A stretch of 44,765 nucleotides of DNA from IMG/VR virus record IMGVR_UViG_3300048610_000028, positions 1-44,765 of that record; one strand, 5' to 3'. Shown piece by piece: positions 33,681 through 42,878 of this stretch (position 1 is its first letter; the number at the start of each line of letters is the position of its first letter). Source of the stretch: a virus (Duplodnaviria > Caudoviricetes). The notes under the pieces are model-generated. The model saw nothing but the letters and a program-made list of their open reading frames with translations. It had not been told where the DNA came from and made no database searches. The position numbers and the translations under genes are program-made.

Positions 33681-36451
33681 TGCCGCTGACGCAAGAGCTC
33701 CGGGACACTTTCGACGACAACACGGTCGACCCGGTCAAGTGGCCCAACAACTACAACACCGTAGGCGGGCTGCCGACGGAGACCGGGGGCCGTGCGCGGG
33801 TCGACTGCGACACCGGTTTCTCCGGCTACGCCTCGGACACCATCTACACCTTGACCGCCAGCAACGCCCGCTGCCGTCTCTTCCCGCCGGCTGCGGGTGG
33901 CGGCACGGAGGTGTGGGCGCAGCTTCTGGTGACTTCCAGTACGGCGGGCACGGATGCGGTGATGGAGGTCGATGTAGCCTCCGGCAATCTGACGATGGCC
34001 AACCGCGCCGGTTTCTTCGACCCGGGCGCTGCGGTGATCCCGTACGACTCCACTGATCACGCCTGGGTGCGGATCCGCGAGGACAGCGGGACGCTGTTCT
34101 TCGACACCTCAGCGGACGGCATCACGTGGACGAACCGGCACTCGGACACGTCGCCAGCATGGGTGTCCGATACGGACATCGAGATGCAGATGCTCGCCCA
34201 CCGCGACGCCGGAGTGGCCGACTTCGCCGAGTTCGACAACTTCAACATCACCCCATCGACGGCCGTGTTCGGTGACCTCACCGATACCTTCGACGACAAC
34301 GTCGTGGACCCGGTGAAGTGGCCGGACAACTACAACACTGGGCTCGGTGGGCTGCCGACGGAGACCGGCGGCCGGGCGAGGGTGCCGTGCGACTCGGGTT
34401 TCGCCGCGTACGCGTCCGAGCCGATCTACCGGCTGGAGGGCTCGCACGCGTTCGTGCACAACTTCCCGCCATCAGGCACCGGCATGATGGAGGCGTACTC
34501 CCAGCTCCTCATCCTCTCCAACATCGCTGGCACGCAGATCGTCTTCGAAGTCGACGCGGCCACCAACCTCCTGCTGATGACCGTGCACGTCGCCTTCGCC
34601 GACGAGGGCGGGCAGAGCATCCCGTATGACCCCGTCGAGCACGCCTGGCTCCGCGTACGCGAAGAGTCCGGCACCCTGTTCTGGGAGACCTCGCCCGATG
34701 GACGCGAGTGGACAGTCCGCCACTCGGATACGGCCCCGTCGTGGGTATCCGAAAACGACCTCCAGGCGCAGCTGTTGGCGCACTGCTCCCCCGCAGTCAC
34801 AGGCGGAGGACCGACGGGTGCCTTCGCCGAATTCGACAACTTCAACGTCCGCCCCACCCTCGCCGACGGCTATACCGTCGCCATCGACTGGAACAACGAC
34901 GGCGACTTCGACGACCCGAACGACGACGTCACCCTCGCCGTGCTGCAAAGCGGGCCCGTCCACTTCCAGTACGGCCGCGACCAGGCCAGAGCTCTGTCTC
35001 CACCCAGAGTGGGGGCGATCGGCTTCACCCTGTGCAACCCCGACGGGCTCTACTCGCCGGAGAACCCCGACAGTCCGATCAGCCAGGACATTGAGCCTGC
35101 CGCACCCATCAAAGTCGATGAGGTCATCGACGACACCCTGTATCCGCTGATCATGGGGCGTATCGACCAGTTCAGCGTGGAGACCAGCCGAGGCAACCGG
35201 TCCGCCGCCATCACCGGCCTGGATGATCTGGCGCTGCTGCGCGGGAAGAAAATCTCCACCAGCCTGTACCAGGCGCAGCGCACCGGGACACTCATCGGCG
35301 TCATCCTCGATGAGGTCGGCTGGACCGCGCCACGTGACCTCGATCTGGGTGCTACGTATGTGCCGTGGTGGTGGGCCAGCGAGCAGGACGCTTTCACCGC
35401 GCTGACAGAGCTCCTGGCATCCGAGGGGCCCCCGGCCATCGCCTATGTCGCGCCGGACGGCACGTTCGTCTACCGGGACCGCCACCACCGGATCCTCGAC
35501 AGCGCCTCACTGACCTCCCAGGCCACGTTCGCCACGGCTGGTGTGGACTGCGACAGCCCGCCTGTCACCGGCTTCTCGTACATCGAACCGTTCGAGTACA
35601 GCCACGGCTGGAAAGACATCGTCAACGACATCACTTTCGAGGTGGATGAGCGGCGCCCTGACCCTCTCCTGTCGCCGGTGTGGGAGTCCAAGGACACCAT
35701 CGCTCTGGCTATCGGCGAGTCAGTCACCATCGACGTGAAAGCCAGCGATCCCTTCCGGGACGCCCAGGACATCACCGAAGCCGATGGGGACATTGTCTTC
35801 GCGGGGGCCGGCACACCGAGTGTGATGCTGTCGCAGAGGTCGGGGCAGTCGGTCCGGGTCACGATCCTCGCCGTGGGCGGGTCGGTCACGATCACTTTCC
35901 TGAGGCTGCGGGCCCGCGCTATCCCGGTGGCCAGGGAAGTGAAGGTGACCGCCACCGATTCCACATCCATCGCCCGGCATGGCGCCCGGACGTATCCCGA
36001 TGACGCGCCGTGGGTCAACCGGCATGACGCGGCTGCTGTGGCGCAGATTCTGCTGGCTGCGTATGCGGAGCGGCGGCCGGTGGTGGGGTTGAGGCTCGTG
36101 TCCAGCGATCTGGCGCATCATCTCCAGGTCGTGACCCGTCAGATCTCGGACCGGATCACCATCCGTAATGGGCAGCTGGGGCTGGACGCGGACTTCTTCA
36201 TCGAGAACGTCCAGCACACGCTCGCCCGCATGGTGGGTGAGGACACCTGCCCGGGTCCGGTGCATTACGCGACGTTCGGGTGTGAGCGCTCTGGTGTGGT
36301 GGTGCCGGATAATCCGTTCACGTTCGACAAGGCGGGTGCCGGGTTTGATGATGGGGTGTTCGACCCGTCGAGCTTCGATGACCCCGACGCGGTGTTCATC
36401 TTCGACCACGCCGTACAGGGCCAGTTCGGGACGGGCCAGTTCGGCACCTGA
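33680..36451 (+). CDS. minor tail protein with duplicated N-terminal beta-sandwich-like domain
   Basis: TGATG coupling to TMP; two ~185-aa repeats beginning DTFDDNxVDPVKWP; C-terminal baseplate-hub-like region. Confidence 0.85.
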   Translation: MPLTQELRDTFDDNTVDPVKWPNNYNTVGGLPTETGGRARVDCDTGFSGYASDTIYTLTASNARCRLFPPAAGGGTEVWAQLLVTSSTAGTDAVMEVDVASGNLTMANRAGFFDPGAAVIPYDSTDHAWVRIREDSGTLFFDTSADGITWTNRHSDTSPAWVSDTDIEMQMLAHRDAGVADFAEFDNFNITPSTAVFGDLTDTFDDNVVDPVKWPDNYNTGLGGLPTETGGRARVPCDSGFAAYASEPIYRLEGSHAFVHNFPPSGTGMMEAYSQLLILSNIAGTQIVFEVDAATNLLLMTVHVAFADEGGQSIPYDPVEHAWLRVREESGTLFWETSPDGREWTVRHSDTAPSWVSENDLQAQLLAHCSPAVTGGGPTGAFAEFDNFNVRPTLADGYTVAIDWNNDGDFDDPNDDVTLAVLQSGPVHFQYGRDQARALSPPRVGAIGFTLCNPDGLYSPENPDSPISQDIEPAAPIKVDEVIDDTLYPLIMGRIDQFSVETSRGNRSAAITGLDDLALLRGKKISTSLYQAQRTGTLIGVILDEVGWTAPRDLDLGATYVPWWWASEQDAFTALTELLASEGPPAIAYVAPDGTFVYRDRHHRILDSASLTSQATFATAGVDCDSPPVTGFSYIEPFEYSHGWKDIVNDITFEVDERRPDPLLSPVWESKDTIALAIGESVTIDVKASDPFRDAQDITEADGDIVFAGAGTPSVMLSQRSGQSVRVTILAVGGSVTITFLRLRARAIPVAREVKVTATDSTSIARHGARTYPDDAPWVNRHDAAAVAQILLAAYAERRPVVGLRLVSSDLAHHLQVVTRQISDRITIRNGQLGLDADFFIENVQHTLARMVGEDTCPGPVHYATFGCERSGVVVPDNPFTFDKAGAGFDDGVFDPSSFDDPDAVFIFDHAVQGQFGTGQFGT

Positions 36452-36453
36452 CT

Positions 36454-36486
36454 CCGGAATGATCTTCGCCGGGCGGGCTCTACCGT
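36454..36486 (+). promoter_or_regulatory. late-promoter-like motif copy 5, leaderless ATG 7 nt downstream
   Basis: CCGGAATGATCTT-N14-TACCGT-N7-ATG(36494). Confidence 0.8.
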
Positions 36487-36493
36487 CCCGCGT

Positions 36494-36877
36494 ATGGTCC
36501 TGATCGCGCACCGAGCACGCGCCTACGTCTACTCCGGGGACTGGGTAGCCGACTGCCCGCGCGCCTGCGGCAACGTCGAGCACCTCTACGCCCGCTCCAA
36601 CCCCCGCAACCCCGCATCGCCTCGCGTGGCGCAGCTGCCCGGGTTCCGCTGTTCGTACTGCAAGTTCGGCGACACGGACATCGTGCCGATCGACTGGCCG
36701 CCGAACATGGCCGACATCGCGGCCGTCCTCGTGCTGCGGCCGATCCCGCACACCCGCAACTGGTACCCCAAGGATCACGACACCGCGGTGAAGTTCAACA
36801 TCCCGCACGGGCAGACGGTGGACGATCTCCGCGCCGAGAACGCCGAACACGGCGTCCCCACTGAGGTGGTGCGCTGA
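36494..36877 (+). CDS. hypothetical Cys-containing tail-region protein
   Basis: WVADCPRACGN...CSYC...RNWYP...TVDDLRAENAEHG. Confidence 0.75.
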   Translation: MVLIAHRARAYVYSGDWVADCPRACGNVEHLYARSNPRNPASPRVAQLPGFRCSYCKFGDTDIVPIDWPPNMADIAAVLVLRPIPHTRNWYPKDHDTAVKFNIPHGQTVDDLRAENAEHGVPTEVVR

Positions 36878-37419
36878 TGGCTTGGACGGCGCCCATGACA
36901 GCGGTCGCAAACACCACATTCACGGCCGCGCAATTCAATCAGCATGTCCGGGACAATCTCAACGAAACGGCGCCCGCGAAAGCCACAACGGCCGGATCGC
37001 ATTTCGTCGCCTCGGGCGTCAACGCGATCTCCGAGCGTTTCACGGACGGGTCGATCGTCCTCACCTCGGAGATGACAATGTCGTCGCCGTTCACGGATCT
37101 CGCGACGGTGGGACCGCTGGTGACGGTCGACACCGGACCGAACGCGCTGGTCCTCACCCACTGCCAGCTGAGTAACGACGGTGCGGGATCTGCTTATGCC
37201 GGAGTTGAGGTCAGCGGCGCCTCGTCCATCGCTGCCGCGCTGAACCGGTCCATCAGCATCGTCAACTCCGCGGACACAGTGATCGGCGCGGGTACGGCGG
37301 TCTGGTATGCGGGCGGCCTGACCCTCACCCCCGGCTCGAACACCTTCACCATGAAATACCGGGTGTCCTCCGGCACAGGAACATTCGCTGACCGCCGCAT
37401 CATCGTCGTCCCGTTCTGA
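36877..37419 (+). CDS. minor tail/fibre protein (paralog A)
   Basis: AWTAPMTAV...TAAQFNQHVRDNL; T/S-rich beta protein. Confidence 0.75.
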   Translation: MAWTAPMTAVANTTFTAAQFNQHVRDNLNETAPAKATTAGSHFVASGVNAISERFTDGSIVLTSEMTMSSPFTDLATVGPLVTVDTGPNALVLTHCQLSNDGAGSAYAGVEVSGASSIAAALNRSISIVNSADTVIGAGTAVWYAGGLTLTPGSNTFTMKYRVSSGTGTFADRRIIVVPF

Positions 37420-37425
37420 AAGGAG

Positions 37426-37974
37426 GTGGTCCAAATCGCTTGGTCAGCGCCCATGACAGCGGTCACGGGAAGCGTCTACACCGCCGCGCAATTCAACCAA
37501 TTCGTGCGCGACAACTTGAACGAAACCGCACCCGCGAAAGCCACCACGCTGGGCGGCTATTTCGTGACGACGTCGCTAAACGAGATCGCCGAGCGGATCG
37601 GCCAGAGGCAGACGATCGTCACCTCGGAAACAACGACGTCGACGTCTTTCACGGACTTGGCCACGGTCGGCCCGGAGGTCACGGTGACGACGGGCGAGTT
37701 GGCTCTGGTCCTGTGGGGCGCGCAGATGGTTAATGACACGACGGATACGACAGTCCGCGCGTCTGTCGACGTGACAGGCGCGAGCACGATCGCAGCAAGT
37801 GACGTGCGCGCGTTGTCATACCAGACCTCGTCCGCTGGCTCGCTATTCCAGGGCTCGCACGTCGTTTTCTACGACGACCTCACACCAGGATCTAACACTT
37901 TCACCATGAAATATCGGGTGGGCGCAGGCACGGGAACTTTCCTCCGTCGGCGTCTGATCGTGCTTCCCTACTGA
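37426..37974 (+). CDS. minor tail/fibre protein (paralog B)
   Basis: AWSAPMTAV...TAAQFNQFVRDNL; collinear with paralog A. Start codon uncertain. Confidence 0.75.
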   Translation: MVQIAWSAPMTAVTGSVYTAAQFNQFVRDNLNETAPAKATTLGGYFVTTSLNEIAERIGQRQTIVTSETTTSTSFTDLATVGPEVTVTTGELALVLWGAQMVNDTTDTTVRASVDVTGASTIAASDVRALSYQTSSAGSLFQGSHVVFYDDLTPGSNTFTMKYRVGAGTGTFLRRRLIVLPY

Positions 37975-37987
37975 AAGGAGGCCGTGG

Positions 37988-38068
37988 ATGGCCACCCAAT
38001 GCAAGCTGTGCCACACCTCCACGCCGACCGGCTGCCCCGCAATCGTCCCGGGCCCCGTGCGGGTTTGA
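37988..38068 (+). CDS. possible 26-aa Cys peptide
   Basis: AAAGGAGG upstream; MATQCKLCHTSTPTGCPAIVPGPVRV. Confidence 0.3.
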   Translation: MATQCKLCHTSTPTGCPAIVPGPVRV

Positions 38069-38080
38069 GGGAGGTGTGTG

Positions 38081-39058
38081 ATGGCCGTACCGCTGACCGC
38101 GTCGCACCTGTTGGCTGCGCTGGAGGATGAGGGCTGCCGTGTGGTGGAGGTTCCCGGCTGGCGTACCCGTAATCGCAACGGCATCGGCGCGTGGGGCCCT
38201 GTGCACGGGACGATGACGCACCACACCGTCACGTCGGGTTCGGCTGCGACGGTGCGGATCCTCCGCGACGGCTATGCGGCTCTTCCGGGCCCGCTGTGCC
38301 TGGGCGGGATCACGAAGGACGGCACGGTCCACCTGATCGGCTACGGCCGCACCAACCACGCCGGCGGCGGCGACCCGCGCGTGCTGGCACGGGTGATCTC
38401 CGAGGACTACGGGGACCGGCCACCGAAACCGACAGTCGGCAACCGCCACGGGGTCGACGGCAACGCACGCTTCTACGGCTTCGAATGCGAGAACCTCGGC
38501 GACGGTGAGGACCCGTGGCCTGACGTCCAGTTGGAGGCGATCGAGCGGGCCAACGCCGCGCTGCTGCGGGCGCACGGCTGGACGGCGAAGTCCGCGATCG
38601 GCCACCTCGAATGGAGCTCGGACAAGATCGACCCGCGCGGCTTCTCCATGGTGACAATGCGCGCCCGGATCGCCGAACGCCTCACACACCCCGCCGGATG
38701 GACACGAGGCACGACCAGCACACCCCCGAAGGAGGACGGCATGTCCAGTGCCGAGGAGATCTACAACGCGGTGTGGCGGCGGGACATCGTGCCCGTTCCC
38801 GCGGACTACGCGAAGAAGGACACCAACCCCACCTGGTGGGCGGAGACGATGCTCCGCGACACCAACGCGAAGGTGCGGGCCCTAGCCGGGGCTGTCACCG
38901 AGCTGGCCGCGCAGGGCGCTGCCCGGGACGCGGTCCTCGCCAAGCTGGCCGAGGGCGGCGGGCTGACCGCAGCCGAGATCGAGCACGCCGCACAAGCGGG
39001 CGCCACAGCGGCACTGGACCGGCTGGCCATCGCGCTGGCTGCACACGAGGAGGACTGA
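38081..39058 (+). CDS. endolysin, N-acetylmuramoyl-L-alanine amidase (Amidase_2)
   Basis: GTMTHHT, LPGPLC, GRTNHAG, FYGFECEN, IGHLEWSSDKIDP (Zn ligands). Confidence 0.9.
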   Translation: MAVPLTASHLLAALEDEGCRVVEVPGWRTRNRNGIGAWGPVHGTMTHHTVTSGSAATVRILRDGYAALPGPLCLGGITKDGTVHLIGYGRTNHAGGGDPRVLARVISEDYGDRPPKPTVGNRHGVDGNARFYGFECENLGDGEDPWPDVQLEAIERANAALLRAHGWTAKSAIGHLEWSSDKIDPRGFSMVTMRARIAERLTHPAGWTRGTTSTPPKEDGMSSAEEIYNAVWRRDIVPVPADYAKKDTNPTWWAETMLRDTNAKVRALAGAVTELAAQGAARDAVLAKLAEGGGLTAAEIEHAAQAGATAALDRLAIALAAHEED

Positions 39059-39061
39059 CCT

Positions 39062-39337
39062 GTGACCCCATACGACTGGGCGGCGTCGCTGTGGCGCACC
39101 GTGGTCCCGTACATCGTCGGCTACCTCGCCGTGCAACTCGCACGGCTGGGTATCGACCTCGACGACGCATCGCTGACTGCCGCGCTCGCAACCGGTTTCG
39201 GCACCGTCTACTACGCCCTGTTCCGCCGCCTGGAGCAGGTGGCCGGCACCGGCTGGGGCTGGCTGCTGGGTCTGGCCCGGCCGCCGGAGTATCCCCGCGG
39301 CGACGACGTTGACGAGCCGGGCCGCCTGACCCCCTGA
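39062..39337 (+). CDS. putative holin
   Basis: Small two-TM protein right after the endolysin; RTVVPYIVG...YYALFRRLE...WGWLLG. Confidence 0.75.
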   Translation: MTPYDWAASLWRTVVPYIVGYLAVQLARLGIDLDDASLTAALATGFGTVYYALFRRLEQVAGTGWGWLLGLARPPEYPRGDDVDEPGRLTP

Positions 39338-39365
39338 CCGCCAGTTACAGAGTACGAGGAGAGTC

Positions 39366-39653
39366 ATGTCCCTGGATGCACGTATCCGCCAGCTCGCGGC
39401 CGAGATTATAGCCGAGGCTGGCGACGGTGACGGCGTATCGCCCGCCCGTGTCGCCGAGTTGGAGAAGCTGCTCGCCGATCACCAGGCACAGATGAAGGAC
39501 TTGCACGACCATCTGCACCGGTCGCTGACCCGGGTCGATCGGCTCGCCGCACGGGTGGAGACGCTGGAGACCGCACCCCCCGACGCTGCGCCCGCCGAGA
39601 CCGGGACGTTGCCGCGGCGCACCGGCTCGCGGCGAAAGACCGGCGACTCGTGA
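39366..39653 (+). CDS. hypothetical coiled-coil protein
   Basis: GAGGAG SD; GTGA coupling to the next gene. Confidence 0.65.
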   Translation: MSLDARIRQLAAEIIAEAGDGDGVSPARVAELEKLLADHQAQMKDLHDHLHRSLTRVDRLAARVETLETAPPDAAPAETGTLPRRTGSRRKTGDS

Positions 39654-40723
39654 AGATACTGGTGCACCCGGCGGACCGCTGGGGATGCGGCAGCTTTCGC
39701 ATGATTTGGCCTGGCGAGTACTGCGCCAAGGCTGGCCACGATGTGGAGGTGGTGGGCGCTGGTGAGCGTATGCGGCTGGTGATGGAGCGCGACACCGTCC
39801 GCGACGTCATGGTTGACGCCGATGTGGTGGTGCTTCAGCGGGTGGTGCATCAGTGGATGGCCGAGGCTGTGAGCGTGATGCGCGCCAAGGGCATCACCGT
39901 CGTCGTGGATGTGGATGATGACCTCACCTCGATCCACCCATCGAATCCGGCGTGGGTGAGCATGCATCCGCGTAACGGGGGGCGGCGGGACCGGTATGGG
40001 CGGCCGTCTCGTACCTCGTGGAGGAATCTGACGGCGGCGTGTCGGGCGGCGTCGTTGGTGACGGTGTCGACTCCTGCGCTGCTGCCGGTGTATGCGGCGC
40101 ACGGGCGGGGGCAGGTGCTGCACAACTATCTGCCGGAGCACTACTACGGGTTGGCCCGCCAAGACAGTGATGTGATCGGCTGGCCCGCATCCCTGCATTC
40201 CCATCCGAATGATCCGGAGCCGGTGGGCGGGGCGATCGCCAGGCTGGTGGATGAGGGCGCGGAGTTTGTGATGCGCGGCGAGTCGGCTGGTGCGGGGAAG
40301 GCGTTCGGGTTGGCGGACGACCCGGTGGGCAGGCGCGTGCCGATTGCGGAGTGGCCGCAGGCGGTTGCCGAGCTTGGTGTCGGGATCGCGCCGCTTGCTG
40401 ACACTAAGTTTAATATGTCCAAATCTTGGTTGAAGCCGCTGGAGCTATCAGCGTGCGGTGTCCCATGGGTGGCCTCGCCTCGGGCCGAGTACACGCGGCT
40501 GCACAAGATGGGCGCAGGCGTCCTCGCGGACCGGCCGCGGGTTTGGTACCGGGAGCTGAAGCGGCTACGCGAATCCCCAGCGTTGCGGCAGGAGATGTCG
40601 CTGGCGGGGCGGCAGGTCGCGGAGCAGCTCCGCCTGCGGGACAACTGCTGGAGGTGGATGGAGGCTTGGGGGCGGGCGTACGAGATCCAGCACGCTACGC
40701 CGCGTTCGCGGGTAGCGGTGTAG
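39650..40723 (+). CDS. GT-B (GT4-like) glycosyltransferase
   Basis: GCGSFRMIWP, VVVLQR, VVDVDDD, VTVSTPAL, GIAPLADTKFNMSKSWLKPLELSACGVPWVAS. Confidence 0.85.
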   Translation: MKILVHPADRWGCGSFRMIWPGEYCAKAGHDVEVVGAGERMRLVMERDTVRDVMVDADVVVLQRVVHQWMAEAVSVMRAKGITVVVDVDDDLTSIHPSNPAWVSMHPRNGGRRDRYGRPSRTSWRNLTAACRAASLVTVSTPALLPVYAAHGRGQVLHNYLPEHYYGLARQDSDVIGWPASLHSHPNDPEPVGGAIARLVDEGAEFVMRGESAGAGKAFGLADDPVGRRVPIAEWPQAVAELGVGIAPLADTKFNMSKSWLKPLELSACGVPWVASPRAEYTRLHKMGAGVLADRPRVWYRELKRLRESPALRQEMSLAGRQVAEQLRLRDNCWRWMEAWGRAYEIQHATPRSRVAV

Positions 40724-40766
40724 CGGCGATCGGCTGTTCGCGCACGTCGCGCACCGCCGTCCTGGC

Positions 40767-41183
40767 CTAGCCGCTCACGGTGATGTGGAATCCGTACGCG
40801 TAGTAGAACGGGTTGCCGCACGACCAGTCGACGGACAGCTCCAGGACATCCCCCATGTCGGCGTAGATGTGCCACGTCGTGTATCCGTCCGTGGTGCCCA
40901 CTCCGGTGATGACGTGGTCGATGCGATCGGCGTGCAGCAAGAAGGACTTCAACTCGGTGTAAGCGCAGCAGTCGTCAGTGTTGGCGAGCTGGACTCTCCG
41001 GCCGTCGTCCAGGGTGATGACAGTTCCATCAGCAGTTCCGTAGTACCGGTCAGGGACCTGGACGTTCTTCTCCACGCTAACGATCCGATGACCTACGACC
41101 GACTCCCTGAGAGTGCCGACGTTGCTCGGCATCGTGCCGTCGTCATCGTCTTCGGCGAGCTGCTCTGTCGGGTACGTCTGCAT
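40767..41183 (-). CDS. hypothetical phage protein
   Basis: GAAGG SD; TDDCCAY...SCGNPFYYAYGF. Confidence 0.75.
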   Translation of the reverse strand: MQTYPTEQLAEDDDDGTMPSNVGTLRESVVGHRIVSVEKNVQVPDRYYGTADGTVITLDDGRRVQLANTDDCCAYTELKSFLLHADRIDHVITGVGTTDGYTTWHIYADMGDVLELSVDWSCGNPFYYAYGFHITVSG

Positions 41184-41217
41184 GGGGCGCCTTCAGGTTG
41201 GGTTGAGTGGCTGTCTA

Positions 41218-41610
41218 TCAGGATGCGCAGGCTGTCGGCAAAGGGGTTGCTGCGATCGGCTCCTCCCGCACGTCACGCACCCACGAGATGCCGCAGGCGA
41301 GGCACAGCTCGTGCGGGTCGGTGTACACCAGCTGCACGGACAGGCACAGCGGACACTTCGCCCGCGTACGAACGCGCCGGAGCTGGTTGCGCTGATACGT
41401 CGTCGTCCCGCCCCAGTAGCCCTCCGCGCCATGAAGCATGGCCCACGCGAGGCAGCGGGTCCGCACATCACAGGTCCGGCACCAGCGCTGTGCGGCGTTG
41501 ACGCCAGCATCGGTTTCGACATCGGGGATGAAGTCGAAGTCCGCGCTGATGCACGGGGCGTCGGCTTGCCAGGCGACGTCGTCTGCGGAGAAGTACTCGA
41601 CGATGCTCAC
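41218..41610 (-). CDS. WhiB-family Fe-S transcription factor with C-terminal zinc ribbon
   Basis: WQADAPC...AQRWCRTCDVRTRCLAWA...GYWGGTT..QR; then CPLC...CLACG. Confidence 0.88.
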   Translation of the reverse strand: MSIVEYFSADDVAWQADAPCISADFDFIPDVETDAGVNAAQRWCRTCDVRTRCLAWAMLHGAEGYWGGTTTYQRNQLRRVRTRAKCPLCLSVQLVYTDPHELCLACGISWVRDVREEPIAATPLPTACAS

Positions 41611-41816
41611 GACAGCTCTTTCAGCAGCGCGAGGAGCTTCTCCCGCGTCTCCGCACGAGCGCGGCCTGTGGCGATCGACAGCTGGGCGTCAGCGCGGACG
41701 GGTTCGACGGAGAGGACACCGCGCACCATACGGAGGGCGTTGAGGATGTCCTGGGCGTCGTCCTCGCGCACGTCTTCGGCGAGGGTGACAACGTATCCGG
41801 CGTGGCGGTCGGTCAT
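41607..41816 (-). CDS. small hypothetical protein
   Basis: GAAGGAG SD; YVVTLAEDVREDDAQDILNALRMVRGVLSVEPV. Confidence 0.7.
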   Translation of the reverse strand: MTDRHAGYVVTLAEDVREDDAQDILNALRMVRGVLSVEPVRADAQLSIATGRARAETREKLLALLKELS

Positions 41817-41830
41817 GGCGGGGTTCTCCT

Positions 41831-42139
41831 TCAAGTACTCACCGGCGCCGTGCGGCGCACACCCTGGAACCGGCGCGCCCACCGCTTCATCCGCCGTCGG
41901 GTGTCGTTCCCGCCGCCGTCGTTCCACCACAGCCACGCCGCAAGAGTGGAACCGGCAGCGGCAATGCCTGCTGCGGCGTGGTAGCCGCCTGCAACGCAGC
42001 CTATGAGGCCGATGCCCTGACCGGACGCGATCCCGGCGTAGAAGGTACGGCGGCTGATCCAGCCGAGTGCGCGAGCAGCGACGGTGAGCCACACGATGGT
42101 ATTGCCGACCACGAAGGTGGCGGCACCAAGCAAAAACAT
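41831..42139 (-). CDS. membrane protein
   Basis: TAAGGAG SD; three hydrophobic segments and a basic tail. Confidence 0.65.
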   Translation of the reverse strand: MFLLGAATFVVGNTIVWLTVAARALGWISRRTFYAGIASGQGIGLIGCVAGGYHAAAGIAAAGSTLAAWLWWNDGGGNDTRRRMKRWARRFQGVRRTAPVST

Positions 42140-42150
42140 CGGGCGGCTCC

Positions 42151-42405
42151 TTACGGGCAGGGTGTGCCGTCGTCGACGACCCACACCATCTGGCCGCCGT
42201 CCGAGCACGTACGGATCCGCCCCGCCTTCTTCAGGCGCTGCACACACAGCGCGACGGTCGGACGGTCCAGGCCCGTGGCTTCGGCGAGCCCGGCGCGGGA
42301 TCCGGTCCCGCCTGCGATGATGTCGTAGACCTGTTCATCGCGGGCGATCACGTCTGGGGGGCGGGGGCGTCCTCTACGGGCGGGTGCCTGCTGGGTCTGC
42401 TGCAT
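42151..42405 (-). CDS. winged-HTH protein with AT-hook-like RRGRPR
   Basis: RRGRPRP...SRAGLAEATGLDRPTVALCVQRLKKAGRI. Confidence 0.7.
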   Translation of the reverse strand: MQQTQQAPARRGRPRPPDVIARDEQVYDIIAGGTGSRAGLAEATGLDRPTVALCVQRLKKAGRIRTCSDGGQMVWVVDDGTPCP

Positions 42406-42563
42406 GGCGGCCTGCTTTCGATCAACCGATCCGGTGATCCCAATTGTGCACTGTCGGGGCCCATACCCGGACATGAGTGGGCCCCGCCACCGAGGGGGGA
42501 TGCGGTGGCGAGGCCCTGGTGCCGGGCGCGACCCGGCGTGTGCTGCCAGTGTGGCAGGCGCGG

Positions 42564-42875
42564 TCAGCGGTTGGTCTTGGCACCACCGGACACGGCCCGC
42601 ACGACGATCACCACTGCCCAGCAGCAGACGGCGACGGCCAGCGCGGTCACGGCGAGGGTGATGGCGACCGTGGACAGCGCGGCCACCAGCAGCGGCCCGA
42701 AGTAGACGCCGGCGGCCACAGCACCGGCACCCATCCCAGAGCCGAGCGCGAGTCGCTGCACGGTCTTATCGGGCGGGGCCTGGTGGATGTGCACGATCTG
42801 CGGCTGCTGCTGCACGTGCTCGGGCCGGTAGTGATCGCACCCGGCGTGATGGACGTGCTCGGGAAGGTTGCTCAT
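42564..42875 (-). CDS. Spd-like small membrane protein (actinomycete plasmid/AICE spread type)
   Basis: Hydrophilic N-terminus plus a long A/V-rich hydrophobic C-terminus, directly downstream of the TraB-like gene. Confidence 0.6.
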   Translation of the reverse strand: MSNLPEHVHHAGCDHYRPEHVQQQPQIVHIHQAPPDKTVQRLALGSGMGAGAVAAGVYFGPLLVAALSTVAITLAVTALAVAVCCWAVVIVVRAVSGGAKTNR

Positions 42876-42878
42876 CTC

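Larger units (their letters stand above)
1..40723 (+). mobile_element. Actinobacterial siphovirus-type phage/prophage region (early small genes plus complete packaging, head, tail and lysis modules); ends not visible in the window
   Basis: Terminase, portal, capsid, tail tube, tail chaperone, tape measure, amidase and holin genes in canonical order; tightly overlapping ATGA/GTGA junctions; high GC. Confidence 0.95.
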
